Assembly (NCBI GenBank): GCA_040954595.2 | Contig: CM082588.2 | Coordinates: 6,522,202-6,586,201 of the forward strand | Length of the DNA: 64,000 nt | Direction: 5' to 3' | Source of the DNA: Balanoglossus misakiensis | Lineage: Eukaryota > Animalia > Hemichordata | In this document: positions 34,551 to 48,200 of the stretch, piece by piece | Numbering within the stretch: the stretch's first letter is position 1 | How the letters are laid out: each line of letters begins with the position of its first letter | The notes under the pieces: generated by a model | Told to the model about the DNA's origin: nothing | Databases searched by the model: none | Seen by the model: only the letters and a program-made list of their open reading frames with translations | Made by a program: the position numbers and the translations under genes

Positions 34551-35243
34551 ACAGTGCCACCTTATGTTCATCCCAAGGTAAGTGTAGTTTCCAACGATTT
34601 TTTTGCTTCTTGGTTTGTTATCACGGGTTAGAAATCTGGGAAAGGAGTATACTTGTGTGAAAGCTCACAGACATGATTCCATTTACCCACGTACCTTTGC
34701 GAGAGTGGAGAACCCGCATAAAGCATGCAAATTTCATTCTCATTTCGAATTCTCATTTGAGTGTCGTCTTCTAAATATTAATAAAAATCGCAGGAGTGTC
34801 TATTTTCATGATTTGATGTCCAGATGATTTGATATTTCTCACTCATAATTTATTTTGCATTTTCATCCACGTTGCAGGTATCTGTCACTGACCGATGAAT
34901 GATGTCACCAATTCGAATTTCAAACGAAAGAAATCAATATTTACATATCCAGATGATGTAATATCAATACAATATACAATTTACATCAACTAAGAAAATA
35001 TTTTTTTCTCATCAGCTGTATTCTAATTTAAATAAATTAGAAAAACGGGTACAGAGTATGGTTTGTTACATTTTGTAAATATACCTTATAGAATCGTCCT
35101 TGCAATATATGCGTTATCCACATCTCACGCAAAACAACGGAAACAGAACCTAAAGTGATTTTCCATACACTGTTTATTGATAAGCTTACATGTCATTTAC
35201 TCACGCTTTATAACAATTGTCGATTGTTTTCTAAAAACAAACC

Positions 35244-35575
35244 AATTCTCCCTACCTTTAATAGGTTTTGAGGTACCTAAGTGAGTAAGTATGGAAATCT
35301 CGTATGGTCGACACAATTTATGGCCGATTTTTGCCATGTTTAAGAAATGGGAGTTCATAAGCTAAAGTGATACTGGTTCATTCGGAAACGTTGTAACAGA
35401 AAAAATAACAAAATGTGAAAATAAGTTTTTTTAATATGCTATCTATAAAGACAGACATGTCATGAAATACAGTAAACATATCATTTCTTCTATCTCTTAC
35501 TACTGTGGGTTGTCGACTTTTCGCCCAGAATGCAATGTGATTTGACCCCCTAGCCTATTTAAGGCAGCCAGAATT
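35244..35575. mobile_element. MITE-like dispersed repeat, copy 1 (in the orphan gene 3' UTR)
   Basis: Inverted, diverged copy of 43308-43681; imperfect TIRs AATTCTCCCTACCTTTAATAG / CTATTTAAGGCAGCCAGAATT. Confidence 0.7.
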
Positions 35576-35583
35576 ATGCGCCT

Positions 35584-36632
35584 TCAGCCTTTAGCGATCT
35601 GCTTCACTCTCGTTCTCTGGTACATATTCTGCCAGTATCTCTCGTTGACCCGGCTTTCCCACGCCGATAGTTGCGTCTCTACCAGTCTTTCGTTCAGGGA
35701 ACACAGGTGAGCCAACAGGTCCTCGATGCCGCGCAGGATCCCCAGCCCCTTGACGGTGTCGCCATACGTGGCGAACTGCCTGATCTCGTCGAGCTGCATC
35801 AGAACCGTGGCTTCATGGTCTTTGTCTCTCCAGTCAACAAAGCCGTCCTCGCAGTCGATCCGTCCCAGCTCCCTCAGTTTGCGCCGCAGCTGGTCCAGTT
35901 CAACGTACGTGTCGTCTTTCAGTCGCCTCTCTTCCCAAGCGACGACGTTGTCCATGGCCAGAGCTTCTTGGGTGGATTCGCTGCTCACCGCTTTCGCCAG
36001 CTGCTCCTTCAGGATCTCGATTTCGCGATCATTGATTTTAACCAAGGCTTCCTTTTCTTGATCCGTCAAATTTCTCAGACAGACCTCGCGAAAATGCGCC
36101 AATTCAGTAGTGCACTTCTCGTAACCCTTTTCACACGAAACTGCTGAATGTTTGACGGTGTCGTAGTCCTCTCTTACGATCTCCAGATCTTTCTTGTCCA
36201 ACTGGCATTGATAAATCTTCCCCGTGCAGTCTTCATGCTTGATCTCGATTGCGGTGAGCTTCTTGAGATGTTCGTACGCTGACTTTTCGCAGATTTCTAG
36301 ATCCTTTGCTATCAGATCGATCTTTGTAGTCATCCAGTTGGAGTATAACAAAATCCCTGTAGATATTGCTGAAACGATTAAAAGTTTCTTGCTATTCAGA
36401 GAGCCAGAAAATAGAGTGTTGTGAAATGTGAGGCGGTCGTGGTTAATTATAAAAAAAAGATTGAATTTGCAAGCAGTAATTGGCCTATAGATTAGATTGC
36501 TATAGTGCAAACCAATCATGCCTGATCTCTCTCTCTCTCTCCCCCTCCTCTCTCTCTCTCTCTCTCTCTGATTACGTTCATTATCGCTTATATGTACTTA
36601 CCTACAACGAGGACGTTAGTGTAATCTGGCAT
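35584..36632 (-). CDS. Orphan 271-aa signal-anchor (type II membrane or secreted) protein with a Cys-containing coiled coil; 2 coding exons
   Basis: ATG at 36632; exon 36632-36602 ends G|GTAAGT; acceptor TTTTAATCGTTTCAG then exon 36368-35584, phase 1 on both sides. This gives MPDYTNVLVVAISTGILLYSNWMTTKIDL.... The second copy keeps the frame across a 6-bp indel in the first coding exon. AATAAA on the - strand at 35178-35173. Confidence 0.7.
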
Positions 36633-38025
36633 ATTCTCTTGACAAATGTGGGAACTAAATCGAACCTGTAAACAAAACAGCGCAGAGTCACAGTCACTAA
36701 ACAACAATACAGAATCAACAATACAGTGCAACATGGTCACTCCACAGGTACAGGTGCAGGTACTGTGCTGATTATCATAAACACAAGCGCGGTCTACAGG
36801 TAGGTCAACCCCGGTTCAGAGGATATCTTCAAAACAAACACCAGCACCTGCAGCTCACACTTCGAACTGTCGTAAAATATCAGTGGTGGCCAGGGGACCG
36901 TTTGCTGTTAGAATGCATTGAACATACACACAAGAAATAAGTGTTGGTATTTAACCGCTGGCTGTGGTTTGGTCGTGATTTCAAAACGAAAAAACAGTAT
37001 ATCGCAAAAAAGTAAACGATCTCGCTTCCGTTTAACCTGCATGCGAGTATAATGCACATATGCCAGGCTGATCGATAACTGCGCTCGCAGTACTTCAAAC
37101 TTTCTGTACGACACAGGTAATTCTAGTGCGCATAGAGGTCACGGAGTCCTGTTATATAGTTTCCCTTTGGGAGTACATAAAAGTGCGAATGCAATACCAG
37201 AAATTACCAGATAGCTCAGTCAATACCAGTTTTATGCAGACGGTACGGCAGTTTTCTTAAAGCCACAGCCCAAGTAGTTATTCGATACGCACAGACTGCA
37301 GATCGGCCGCTGTGGTACTGACGTTTCTCAGTCTCCGAGTACGGTACAGTTTTGTGTAAATGTACAGCGAAACTGGAAAATCCCTCAGACGCGTGACTAG
37401 CTGATTGGCTAAGCTATTGCCTTTTTTTGCAATGATTTACCCAGTTTTGGTCCAGCTTTGTTAGCACACAACCGATTTCCCCTGTTTCATTCCGGTGGTG
37501 TATTTCAGATAAAGGGTCAGGTGATCGGCGATCGACAATGGCAACCAAGGTGGAAAGTCCCCCATTCAAGTATGACTAAGATAGTCACCGTAACAATAGT
37601 TCAGATAAAAAGAGCTGGCCACAGGGACAAGGGTCATTGGGGTCGGTGAAGGTTCTTAACTTTACCCTACATACACTAAGAGACCTATATTATACGCCTT
37701 TTCAATCAGGCTGCTGATTTTGCTCACCTAGTCAAACTATTGAGAGAGAGGGGGGGGGAGAGGGGGGGGGAGAGAAAGGGGGGAGAGAGGCAACCAAGGC
37801 GGAAATTCCCCAATTCAAGTATGACTAAGATCATGTTAGTCACTGTAACAATTGTGCAGATAAAAAGAGCTGGCCACGGGGACAAGGATCATTGGGCTGG
37901 GTGAAGGTTCTTAACTTTACCCTACATACACTAAGAGACCTATATTATACGCCTTTTCGATCAGGCTGCTGATTTTGCTCACCTAGTCAAACTATTGAGA
38001 GAGAGAGGGAGAGAGAGAGAGAGAG
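36061..38025. repeat. Segmental direct duplication, copy A (about 1.97 kb); copy B is 39271 to about 41598
   Basis: Near-identical sequence at offset +3210 to about +3240. It includes the 5' half of the orphan gene, its upstream region, two tandem ~250-bp units and a (GA)n tract. Confidence 0.95.
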
Positions 38026-39270
38026 TTTTTTCAAATAACCTTTAATGTACAAATCTATACTATACTAAATTACATACAAGTTTTCAACAAAATCAGCCCA
38101 AATCAAGCGAATTAACAATTATCAATCAACATACTATACATCACATCATCATCAAAATCAGTACCAGCTGATCGATGGAGACACTAAAATATGTACATAA
38201 ATCCTTTTATACAAAGTGTTCATAATTTAAAAATCAGTTCATTGTCCGTGGTAAGCTCACATATTGCATTGTTAATACACCATATATTACTGAACAGTTT
38301 GTAATTTGCAGTCAGGTTGTAATAGTTGTAGTCAACGGTGATTCTGCCGCGGACCCGTCGCTTGAATCTTTTCAGTGGTTGTGGCATTTCATCCAGTCGA
38401 CAGTATATTACTGCAATCTTTGCTGTTGTCATCAAATAGTTGCATAGTTCATATCTGTCACGGTGGCGCTTCGGTCCTCTGGGCATTCCGATGGCAAACC
38501 AGGTCAGTGGAATTGTGTCGCTTTCCAGAACTTTCTTTAGCAGCACACATAAATATTCATAAAGAGGCTGTATAGCTGGGCAATCGATTAACAGGTGGAA
38601 GAGTGTCTCAGGTTCCCCACAGTGTGGACAGTCAATATTGTCTCGTAGATTACTCAAGTATAAATATCGTCCCGTTGCCAAGCACCCGTGGATCGCTCTC
38701 CATTGAACGTCACAGTCACGTCTGCTAAGGGGTTCTGAATACACTGTATTAAAGTTAGCCTTGAGATCAGTTGGTAATGACAACAGATCATGCCATGGAG
38801 TTGGCAGTCTTTGGATATGTTTCTGATTGTACAGTTTTTTGATAAATAAAAAGTAAATATCTTTTCTACAAAATTTACTGAAACAAATGGGTTCTAAATC
38901 TGTATGAAGAAGTGAAATATCAAATTGAATAGGTGTTATCTCCCCTGAATCATCATTGTTATTTGAAATATAATGCTCAAGTTGTGTTTTCCACTTTTGG
39001 GGGATAGAATCCCAAAGTAACTGAATTGTTCTGTGTAAAACTCTAACAGAATTAACCGAAACATCTTTTTGTATTTCAAAGGTGGTTTTCTTGCGTTTTT
39101 CACCAAAATTAAAAAGATCACAAATTTTTACGACGCCCCCATCAATAAAATGCTTCAGATACAGGGGGCATTTCTGTGTAGGATGTAAAACCAATGGGTT
39201 GTAAAACAAAGGCTCTGCCATAATATCAGTAACAGTAATCTGAGTATTGCGTCGTTTCGTATCAAGCAGC
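38026..39270 (-). mobile_element. 5'-truncated L1/Tx1-type non-LTR retrotransposon (3' end of ORF2)
   Basis: Open frame 39272-38220 with EPLFYNPLV, RAIHGCLATGRYL and the zinc knuckle CPHCGEPETLFHLLIDCP, typical of L1/Tx1 ORF2 C-termini. It is followed by a 3' UTR, ATTAAA and an A6 tail abutting (TC)n. Confidence 0.85.
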
Positions 39271-39764
39271 ATCCGTCAAATTTCTCAGACAGACCTCGCG
39301 AAGATGCACTAATGAAGTAGCGCACTCCTTGTAACTCTTTTCGTACGAAGCTGCTGAATGTTTGATGGTGTCGTAGGCCGCTGTTACGATCTCCAGATCT
39401 TTCTTGTCCAACTGGCATTGAACAATCTTCCCCGTGCAGTCTTCATGCTTGATCTCGATTGCGGTGAGCTTCTTGAGATGTTCGTACGCTGACTTTTCGC
39501 AGATTTCTAGATCCTTTGCTATCAGATCGATCTTTGTAGTCCTCCAGTTGGAGTATAACAAAATCCCTGCAGATATTGCTGAAACGATTAAAAGTTTCTT
39601 GCTATTCAGAGAGCCAGAAAAATAAAAAGAGTGTTGTGAAATGTGAGGCGGTCGTGGTTAATTATAAAAAAAAAAGATTGAATTTGCATAGCAGTAATTG
39701 GCCTATAGATTAGATTGCTATAGTGCAAACCAATCATGCCTGATCTCTCTCTCTCTCTCTCCCC

Positions 39765-39798
<34 letters not shown>

Positions 39799-39864
39799 TA
39801 CGTTCATTATCGCTTATATGTACTTACCTGTAACGACAGCGAGGACGTGAGTGTAATCTGGCAT
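39262..39864 (-). pseudogene. Truncated second copy of the orphan coiled-coil gene
   Basis: Same exon structure (MPDYTHVLAVVT|AISAGILLYSNW...). It breaks after ...CLRNLTD at 39271, where the LINE 5' end is joined, and stops two codons later. Confidence 0.75.
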
Positions 39865-41232
39865 ATTCTCTTGACAAATGTGGGAACTAAATCGAACCTG
39901 TAAACAAAACAGCGCAGAGTCACAGTCACTAAACAACAATACAGAATCAACAATACAGTGCAACATGGTCACTCCACAGGTACAGGTGCAGGTACTGTGC
40001 TGATTATCATAAACACAAGCCCGGTCTACAGGTAGGTCAACCCCGGTTCAGAGGATATCTTCAAAACAAACACCAGCACCTGCAGCTCACACTTCGAACT
40101 GTCGTAAAATATCAGTGGTGGCCAGGGGACCGTTTGCTGTTAGAATGCATTGAACATACACACAAGAAATAAGTGTTGGTATTTAACCGCTGGCTGTGGT
40201 TTGGTCGTGATTTCAAAACGAAAAAACAGTATATCGCAAAAAAGTAAACGATCTCGCTTCCGTTTAACCTGCATGCGAGTATAATGCACATATGCCAGGC
40301 TGATCGATAACTGCGCTCGCAGTACTTCAAACTTTCTGTACGACACAGGTAATTCTAGTGCGCATAGAGGTCACGGAGTCCTGTTATATAGTTTCCCTTT
40401 GGGAGTACATAAAAGTGCGAATGCAATACCAGAAATTACCAGATAGCTCAGTCAATACCAGTTTTATGCAGACGGTACGGCAGTTTTCTTAAAGCCACAG
40501 CCCAAGTAGTTATTCGATACGCACAGACTGCAGATCGGCCGCTGTGGTACTGACGTTTCTCAGTCTCCGAGTACGGTACAGTTTTGTGTAAATGTACAGC
40601 GAAACTGGAAAATCCCTCAGACGCGTGACTAGCTGATTGGCTAAGCTATTGCCTTTTTTTGCAATGATTTACCCAGTTTTGGTCCAGCTTTGTTAGCACA
40701 CAACCGATTTCCCCTGTTTCATTCCGGTGGTGTATTTCAGATAAAGGGTCAGGTGATCGGCGATCGACAATGGCAACCAAGGTGGAAAGTCCCCCATTCA
40801 AGTATGACTAAGATAGTCACCGTAACAATAGTTCAGATAAAAAGAGCTGGCCACAGGGACAAGGGTCATTGGGGTCGGTGAAGGTTCCTCACTTTACCCT
40901 ACATACACGAAGTGACCTATATTATACGCCTTTTCAATCAGGCTGCTGATTTTGCTCACCTAGTCAAACTATTGAGAGAGAGGGGGGAGAGAGGGGGGAG
41001 AGGGGGGGAGAGAGGGGGGAGAGAGGCAACCAAGGCGGAAATTCCCCAATTCAAGTATGACTAAGATCATATTAGTCACTGTAACAATTGTGCAGATAAA
41101 AAGAGCTGGCCACGGGGACAAGGATCATTGGGCTGGGTGAAGGTTCTTAACTTTACCCTACATACACTAAGAGACCTATATTATACGCCTTTTCGATCAG
41201 GCTGCTGATTTTGCTCACCTAGTCAAACTATT

Positions 41233-41598
<366 letters not shown>

Positions 41599-41987
41599 TT
41601 GCATTGATATACAATTTGCCCATACTTCACATGAAAACGGTAGATAGTACACTGACCCAGATTCGTGACTGAAAATATATCATTAACCGACATGAATCCG
41701 TAAATCAAATATTCCCAGCCGTAATGAAATGGCAGTGCACCATTTTATACCATACATACCTGGCTTTATCTAGTTCCGGATCTCTAAACACGGAGTTCCT
41801 TTGTACATCACATGCAAATGTAGCCAAACATACTTGCATGTTTTGTTGTTTTGTGACCTCAAATAATGCCTCGTTTTACAGGTTTTGTGTTTTTCACGTT
41901 CGTATCTCTTAAGTTACTGCATTTAGATAATTTGCTGTGCGATGGATTTCTTCTAGAGACGCATCATAGGCCCATGGCCACAGCAGA

Positions 41988-42110
41988 GGGCGCACAATCA
42001 GAGGATCGTGGGTATGAGTCCTGACAATGATGTGGTGTTGTGTCCTTGAGCAAAGTACTTTTCATTGTTTCGCCTCATCCAGGAGGACTGGCGTACCTGT
42101 TAGGACAGAG
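41988..42110 (+). mobile_element. Degenerate tRNA-derived SINE fragment
   Basis: B-box-like GGGTATGAGTCCTG followed by GTTGTGTCCTTGAGCAAAGTACTTT..GCCTCATCCAGG..GTACCTG, resembling conserved central SINE domains. Confidence 0.45.
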
Positions 42111-42286
42111 ATGTTGTAATGTGTGTGTTTAGCTTTGTCGTGCTAAGTATGGCCTCACGTGTGAGATCTTGTCTGCGCATGCCCGCCCTCTCAACTACGT
42201 GTTTTTATTGTTTGAAACGAAATTAAGCTTAAAAACCCTTCGCATCAACTGTTCTGCTCCATTTGAAATCCGCCACACGTTTGAGA

Positions 42287-45200
42287 ATGGATCTTGCTGC
42301 AAGACTCAGACACCTGGAGGCTGGTGCAATGATTTTGGAGCCTGGACCGGAACAGAGGAAGCAATCAATGGAGACTGTCATGGAAACAGCAGAAAAGTTC
42401 TTGAAGAGGTTAGAAAAGCTGGATACTAACATTTTCACGGAAGCCTCTACAAGAGCGTCTTCAGGTATTCTGAAGAGTCCGATCACGGATCACGGCAGTA
42501 GTATAGGTAATTATAACATACATGATGCTGCAGCTCTGTCATACTATCATAAGGCAACTATATATTCTGTATAATACACTCACATATTCAAGCGCACCTC
42601 TTCGCTAAGTTTAGGGTCGGCGGGTTATATATTTTTTTATTTTGGCCTTATGACAAATTTCCAGTATTCAATGTATACAAAAGTGTCGCGTCCAGACATG
42701 CTCCCACCACACACAAACGACAACATTCAAATGACGTATTTAATAAACCCTGGATATCCTACATTCATGTCCTCCTTTTTCTCACGCAAAGCCCATGCAA
42801 GTGCAATCAGTCTGAGAAATTTTCTTCGGTCATCTGTGGAAAACAAAACTGTTTCAATGTATGAAAATAAGACTTTTCAATAGACCCCGCCCATATTGCC
42901 GACATAGTTGCTGGTTTCTTTACTAAAATAGAACTGGAATATGCATCTATGGTTTCCACCATTGTTAATTCGGCTGATTTATTTGCCAAATTTCATTTTT
43001 TTAAAAAGGGCATTCATACCGGAGAAATTATTCAATTTAACATTTCTAAATATAACAAGACACAAATTACTAGTATACATAGTCGATGGATATACATGTA
43101 CTGGATAACTTAATGCTTGCATTTCCTTAACATTGCTAGGTGAAATTATGGACTTGTACGAAAACACTATGCGGAACGATGGTGTAATGGCAACTCATGG
43201 TATGAACATGGGCTTTGTAGATGGAGGGGGCCTATACACATCAGCGGTTGGAGATTACTTGTCGGCAGTCACAAACAAATATCCAGGTATGTGTGCAGTT
43301 GTACGTAAATTTCCTGCCTTAAATAGTTTTTCACTTTGTGCTAGGGGGTCAAATCACATTATAATAATTGCATTCTGGGTAAAAAGTCGACAATCCACTG
43401 TTGTAAGAGATAGAAGAATTGATATGTTTACTGTATTTCATGACTTCCTTTGGTCAAACATGTCTGTCTTTGTAGTTTGCATATTACAAACTTTTTTCTT
43501 CACATTTTGTTATTTTTTACTGTTACAAAGTTTCAGAATGGCCCAGTGGGTATCACTTTAGCTTATGAGCTCCAATTTCTTAAACATGGCAAAAATCGGC
43601 CATCTTTGATATTGTGTCGACCATATGAGATTTTCATCACTCTCTTAGGTAGCTTAAAACCCATTTAAGGTAAGGGGAATTGACATCGGTTCTTCCTGTA
43701 CATTTGTAGGAACGTTCTACAAGAATCCCGAGGCAGTCAGGATGGAGCATATGTTGGTTGCGTGGGCTGCTGAACTATGTGGCTACCCATCGGATCACGC
43801 TGGAACTTTAACAAGTGGCGCGACATCGGGAACTATGATTGCCATAGCAACAGCACGAGATAGCATGAATATAAGAGGAAGAGATTTTGAAAAGTAAGTC
43901 TGGGTGCGAGATATTTAACAATTCTACATTCGACGGTCACATTACTTTAGTTCTAGACCACGCCATGAGCACAAGGCGTATTATACTCTTTATTGCTATA
44001 ATTATTTCATATTGATGACCCTTAGACAATCATTCATTTAGCATTTAATTAAAATTGGTGCATATGTTATTCTGTTGTGTGATGAGATCCAAAATGGCCA
44101 CCTGACAGCCATTGTATTAAGAATTTCATGTTTCGATATGTTACAAGCAGGTTAGCAGAATCCATAGATGCAAGAAGGCAGTCAAAGCAGTTTTATATTT
44201 TACATGATATTTTCCATCTTTGTAGAAGTTGTGAACATCTTAATTTGATTTTATTCTACCAAGGTGTGTCGTGTATGTCTCGGAAACGACTCACTACTGT
44301 GTCCAGAGATCGGTTAAAATACTGGGCATGCGTGATGCCATTATAAGGAATGTTCCGGTGAGAGGAGACAACGTGACTATGGATGTGGAAAGTTTGAGAA
44401 AAATTATTTCAAAGGATGTAGAGGTAGGTTTCTAACGATAATATCCCATTTCCTCCTGTTTGGTTAAAACGTTCGCAATGGCCGTTAGATCCCCCTGACG
44501 AAGAATCCTACAATGTATATTGACATTTTTCTCGCAAACCAACGAAATAAAAGCGTTTTGTATTGAATTGTAACATACAAACTTTATATCGTTAGATTTA
44601 TTTCTTTGGTATATTAAGCTAGTGATCCAACATTTCTATATACATTGTACTATTTCAAAATAGGAAGGTTTGAAGCCTTTTGTCATTGGGGCAAGTGCTG
44701 GTGACGTTTTGACTGGCTCTATAGATCCCATCGACCAAATAGCTGACGTGGCAAAGGAATATAAGGCGTGGCTTCATGTGGACGCTGCCTATGGTGGATT
44801 CTTTGCTTTGGTTGATGACATCAAGCATCTCTTCAAGGGGATTGAGAAGAGTGACTCGGTCACTATGGATCCTCATAAAGGTAATTATGCAGATATATCA
44901 CGCCTCTGCGCATGTGTAATGAACTGGTAACGTCATCCCACGCACATGCGCAATGACATGGCAACTGGACAAAATGGCGGTGGATTCTTGTCTCTTCACG
45001 TTTCATAAGATTTTCGGCTGTATTTTTTGCAGGGTTATTTCTCCCATATGGTTCTGGGTTAGTAGTGGTTCGTGATGGCAGAAAACTGTTCAATACCTTT
45101 TCTCAAGTGAAACACATGACAGTGTTTCAGGATATGCCAAAACAACACGAGTACTCGCCATGTGATCTGGGATTTGAACTAACCAGGCCAGCCAGGTAAA

Positions 45201-48200
45201 AGGTCATGGAATGTCTTCAGTAACTGAGGCTTAGAAAAATTATCTTATTATGAAACAACTTTTGGTGAAATGACAAAATGCACGGGGTTATTTCGCCCCC
45301 CCCCCCACATGGGGATGCAATGTCATGTAGGGGGCAATTATATGAGTCCCTGTGTATAAATTATGTTAAGCTTTCTTTTCTCCTTGATTTCTCCACAGGG
45401 GTCTGAGAATGTGGTTACCTCTAAAGCTGTTTGGTCAGAAAGCGTTTGCAACAGCACTTGAAGAAAAACTTGTGCTGGCGGAATATTTCCACGAGAGGAT
45501 TACATGTAAGGAATGTGAATTGTCTAAGACAACCCATTACATCATTTTGGCCACTTAGCTTTCTTTTTGGAGATACTGTGTGTTATTTTATACAGTGGAT
45601 ATAGGCCATTACAAAAATGAGTGAATATACTATAGCTTCCCAATGAAGACCCCTTAAGTTGGTTTTTTGGGGGGCACAAGCGCCCTCAGGCGGCTTGTGC
45701 CCCCATTGTTATTGTTGGAATTTTTGGGGGCACAAGCGCCCTCAGGCGGCTTGTGCCCCCATTGGTATTGTTGGAATTTTTCTTTATTAGGGCCCAAGCC
45801 CAGCAGGCTTGGGCCCTATTGGTATTACTGGGGTTTTTTAGGGCACAAGCCAAGCAGGCTTGTGCCCTATTGGTATTACTGGGGTTTTTCATCCTCTTCT
45901 TTTTCTTGTGTAGTTTTTTTGCCCAATAGGATCTTGAAAACGGCTGAACCTACAAATCTCAAACTTGGCACAGTGATGCAGGCCTATGAGAGCTGGTGCA
46001 GTACCCTCGTGAATGTTTAATAAGTCATGTGACCTGATGACCATATATGGGCAAAGTTTTCAAATGGGCCTAATTTGCATATGAATGGAGATATCAAAAT
46101 TCTTTTAGCAACTTTTGCGGACCATGTGGTCAGTGTCCTACATGCCAAATGTCAAGGCCATGGGCCAAGTCTATTGTCAGAAGAAGATTATTAAATATTA
46201 TTTGTCATATTTGTGGACCCAGCCATAGGCCTATACTTTCTATAGTTAAGCTATGACACTATGTCCACGTCTGTGCAATTGTCCTGTACAGTGACAGTCT
46301 AGTGGCCCGTGAGCTGAATGGGACCAAAATAAAAGACAAAATTTTGGGCTCACCTGTAACACCTGCTTAACTCATTAATTATGTGCATACCTAATTCCGG
46401 GCTAACTATTAGGGCTAGAGGTTTTGTTCTTGTGGGACATGGACCAGTATGGGATCAAAACTTTTTGCTTAAATTTTGGGTGACCTCAGGTGACCTTTGA
46501 CCTACTTTCCTATATCTTGGCATCCACAGCAGGTACAGACTTGGCGTTTGGAGGGTTGTGACTAAAATTGAAAAGACAAAATTGGGGGTCACCTGTGACA
46601 CCTGCTTATCTCATTAATTATGTGCATACCTAATTCCAGGCTAGCCAATAGGGCTAGAGGTTTGATTTTTGTTGAACATGGACCAGTATAGGGTTAAAAT
46701 TTCTTGCCCAATTTAGGGTGACCTCAGGTGACCTTTGACCTACTTTACCGTATCTCGGCAACCCATGCAGATACAGCCTTGGCATTTGGAGGCATGGAAC
46801 TCCTAATGGAGCCTTATACTTTACCTCATTAATTATGTGCATATCTAATTCTAGGCGAACCAATAGGGCTAGAGGTCTGGTTTTTGTTGGACCTGGACTA
46901 GTATGGGGTCAAAATTTTTTGCCCAAATTTTGGGTGACCACATATGACCTTTGACCTTCGGCTTAAGCTTGTGCCCGTCATCGCTGCTTGCAGCTATATT
47001 CTTCTACTTCTTCTTCTTTTTCTTCTTCTGTCATTTTCTTTGGCGAGGTAGATCTGGAAAACTGCTAAACCTACCAATTTCAAACTTGGCACAATGGTGC
47101 AGGCCAATGAGAGCTAGTGCAGTACCCTTGTGAATGTTTAATTAGTCACGTGACCTGATGACCATATATGGGCAAAATTTTCAAATCCGCCTTATTTGCA
47201 TATGAATGGAGATATCACAATTCTTTTAGCAACTTTTGCGGACCATGTGGTCAGTGTCCTACATGCCAAATGTCAAGGCCATTGGCCATGCCAATTTTGA
47301 GAAGAAGATTTTTAAGTATTATTTTCCATATTTTTTGACCAAGCCATGGGCCTATACTTTACATAGTAAAGCTATGACCACATATTATTTTGGATAAATA
47401 TGCATACATATCTCAAAATCTGTTAGGCCGATCATCTCCAACTTTGGTGTGCAGCAAGCCTAGCATTTGTCAATAATTTTAAGCAGAAAAAAATAATATG
47501 AAAAATCGACAGATTTTTTTATATTAATTTGTTTATTAAATTTATACCTTTGCTTATACCTCTATGGTTAAGCTATGTCCATGTCTTATTGTGGAATTCT
47601 GGTCAGTGCGATAGTCCTGTACAGTGAGTGTCTATTGGTCAGTGAGCACAATGGCACCAAAATAAAAGGCAAAATTTTAGGCTCACCTGTAACACCTGCT
47701 TAACTCATTAATTATGTGCATACCTAATTCTGGGCTAACTAAGAGGGCTAGAGGTTTCGTTCTTGTGGGACATGGACCAGTATAGGGTCAAAATTTCTTG
47801 CCCAAATTTTGGGTGACCTCAGGTGACCTTTGACCTACTTTCCTATATCTCGGCATCCAGACCAGGTACAGACTTGGCGTTTGGAGGGTTGGGACTAAAA
47901 TTGAAAAGCCAAAATGGGGGTCACCTGTGACACCTGTATATCTCATTTATTATGTGCATACCTAATTCCAGGCTAACCAATAGGGCTATAGGTTTGGTTT
48001 TTGTTGAACATGGACCAGTATAGGTTCAAAATTTCTTGCCCAAATTTTGCATGACCTCAGGTGACCTTTGACCTACTTTACCAGATCTTGGCATCCAGAG
48101 CAGGTACAGACTTGGCGTTTGGAGGGTTGGGACTAAAATTGAAAAGCCAAAATTGGGGATCACCTGTGACACCTGCCTACCTCATTAATTATGTGCATAC

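Noticed and set aside
35584-36519. The 311-aa ORF read as LINE ORF1 with the listed start
   Set aside because: Its first ~50 codons are intronic (frame broken in copy B). A phase-matched GT-AG intron in sense orientation argues for a spliced gene rather than a retrotransposon ORF1.
45666-45885. Clustered palindromic repeats resembling a CRISPR array (also 48418-48560)
   Set aside because: The intervening sequences are conserved rather than unique spacers, there are no cas genes, and the context is eukaryotic. They are stacked 5' ends of nested Helentron-like elements.
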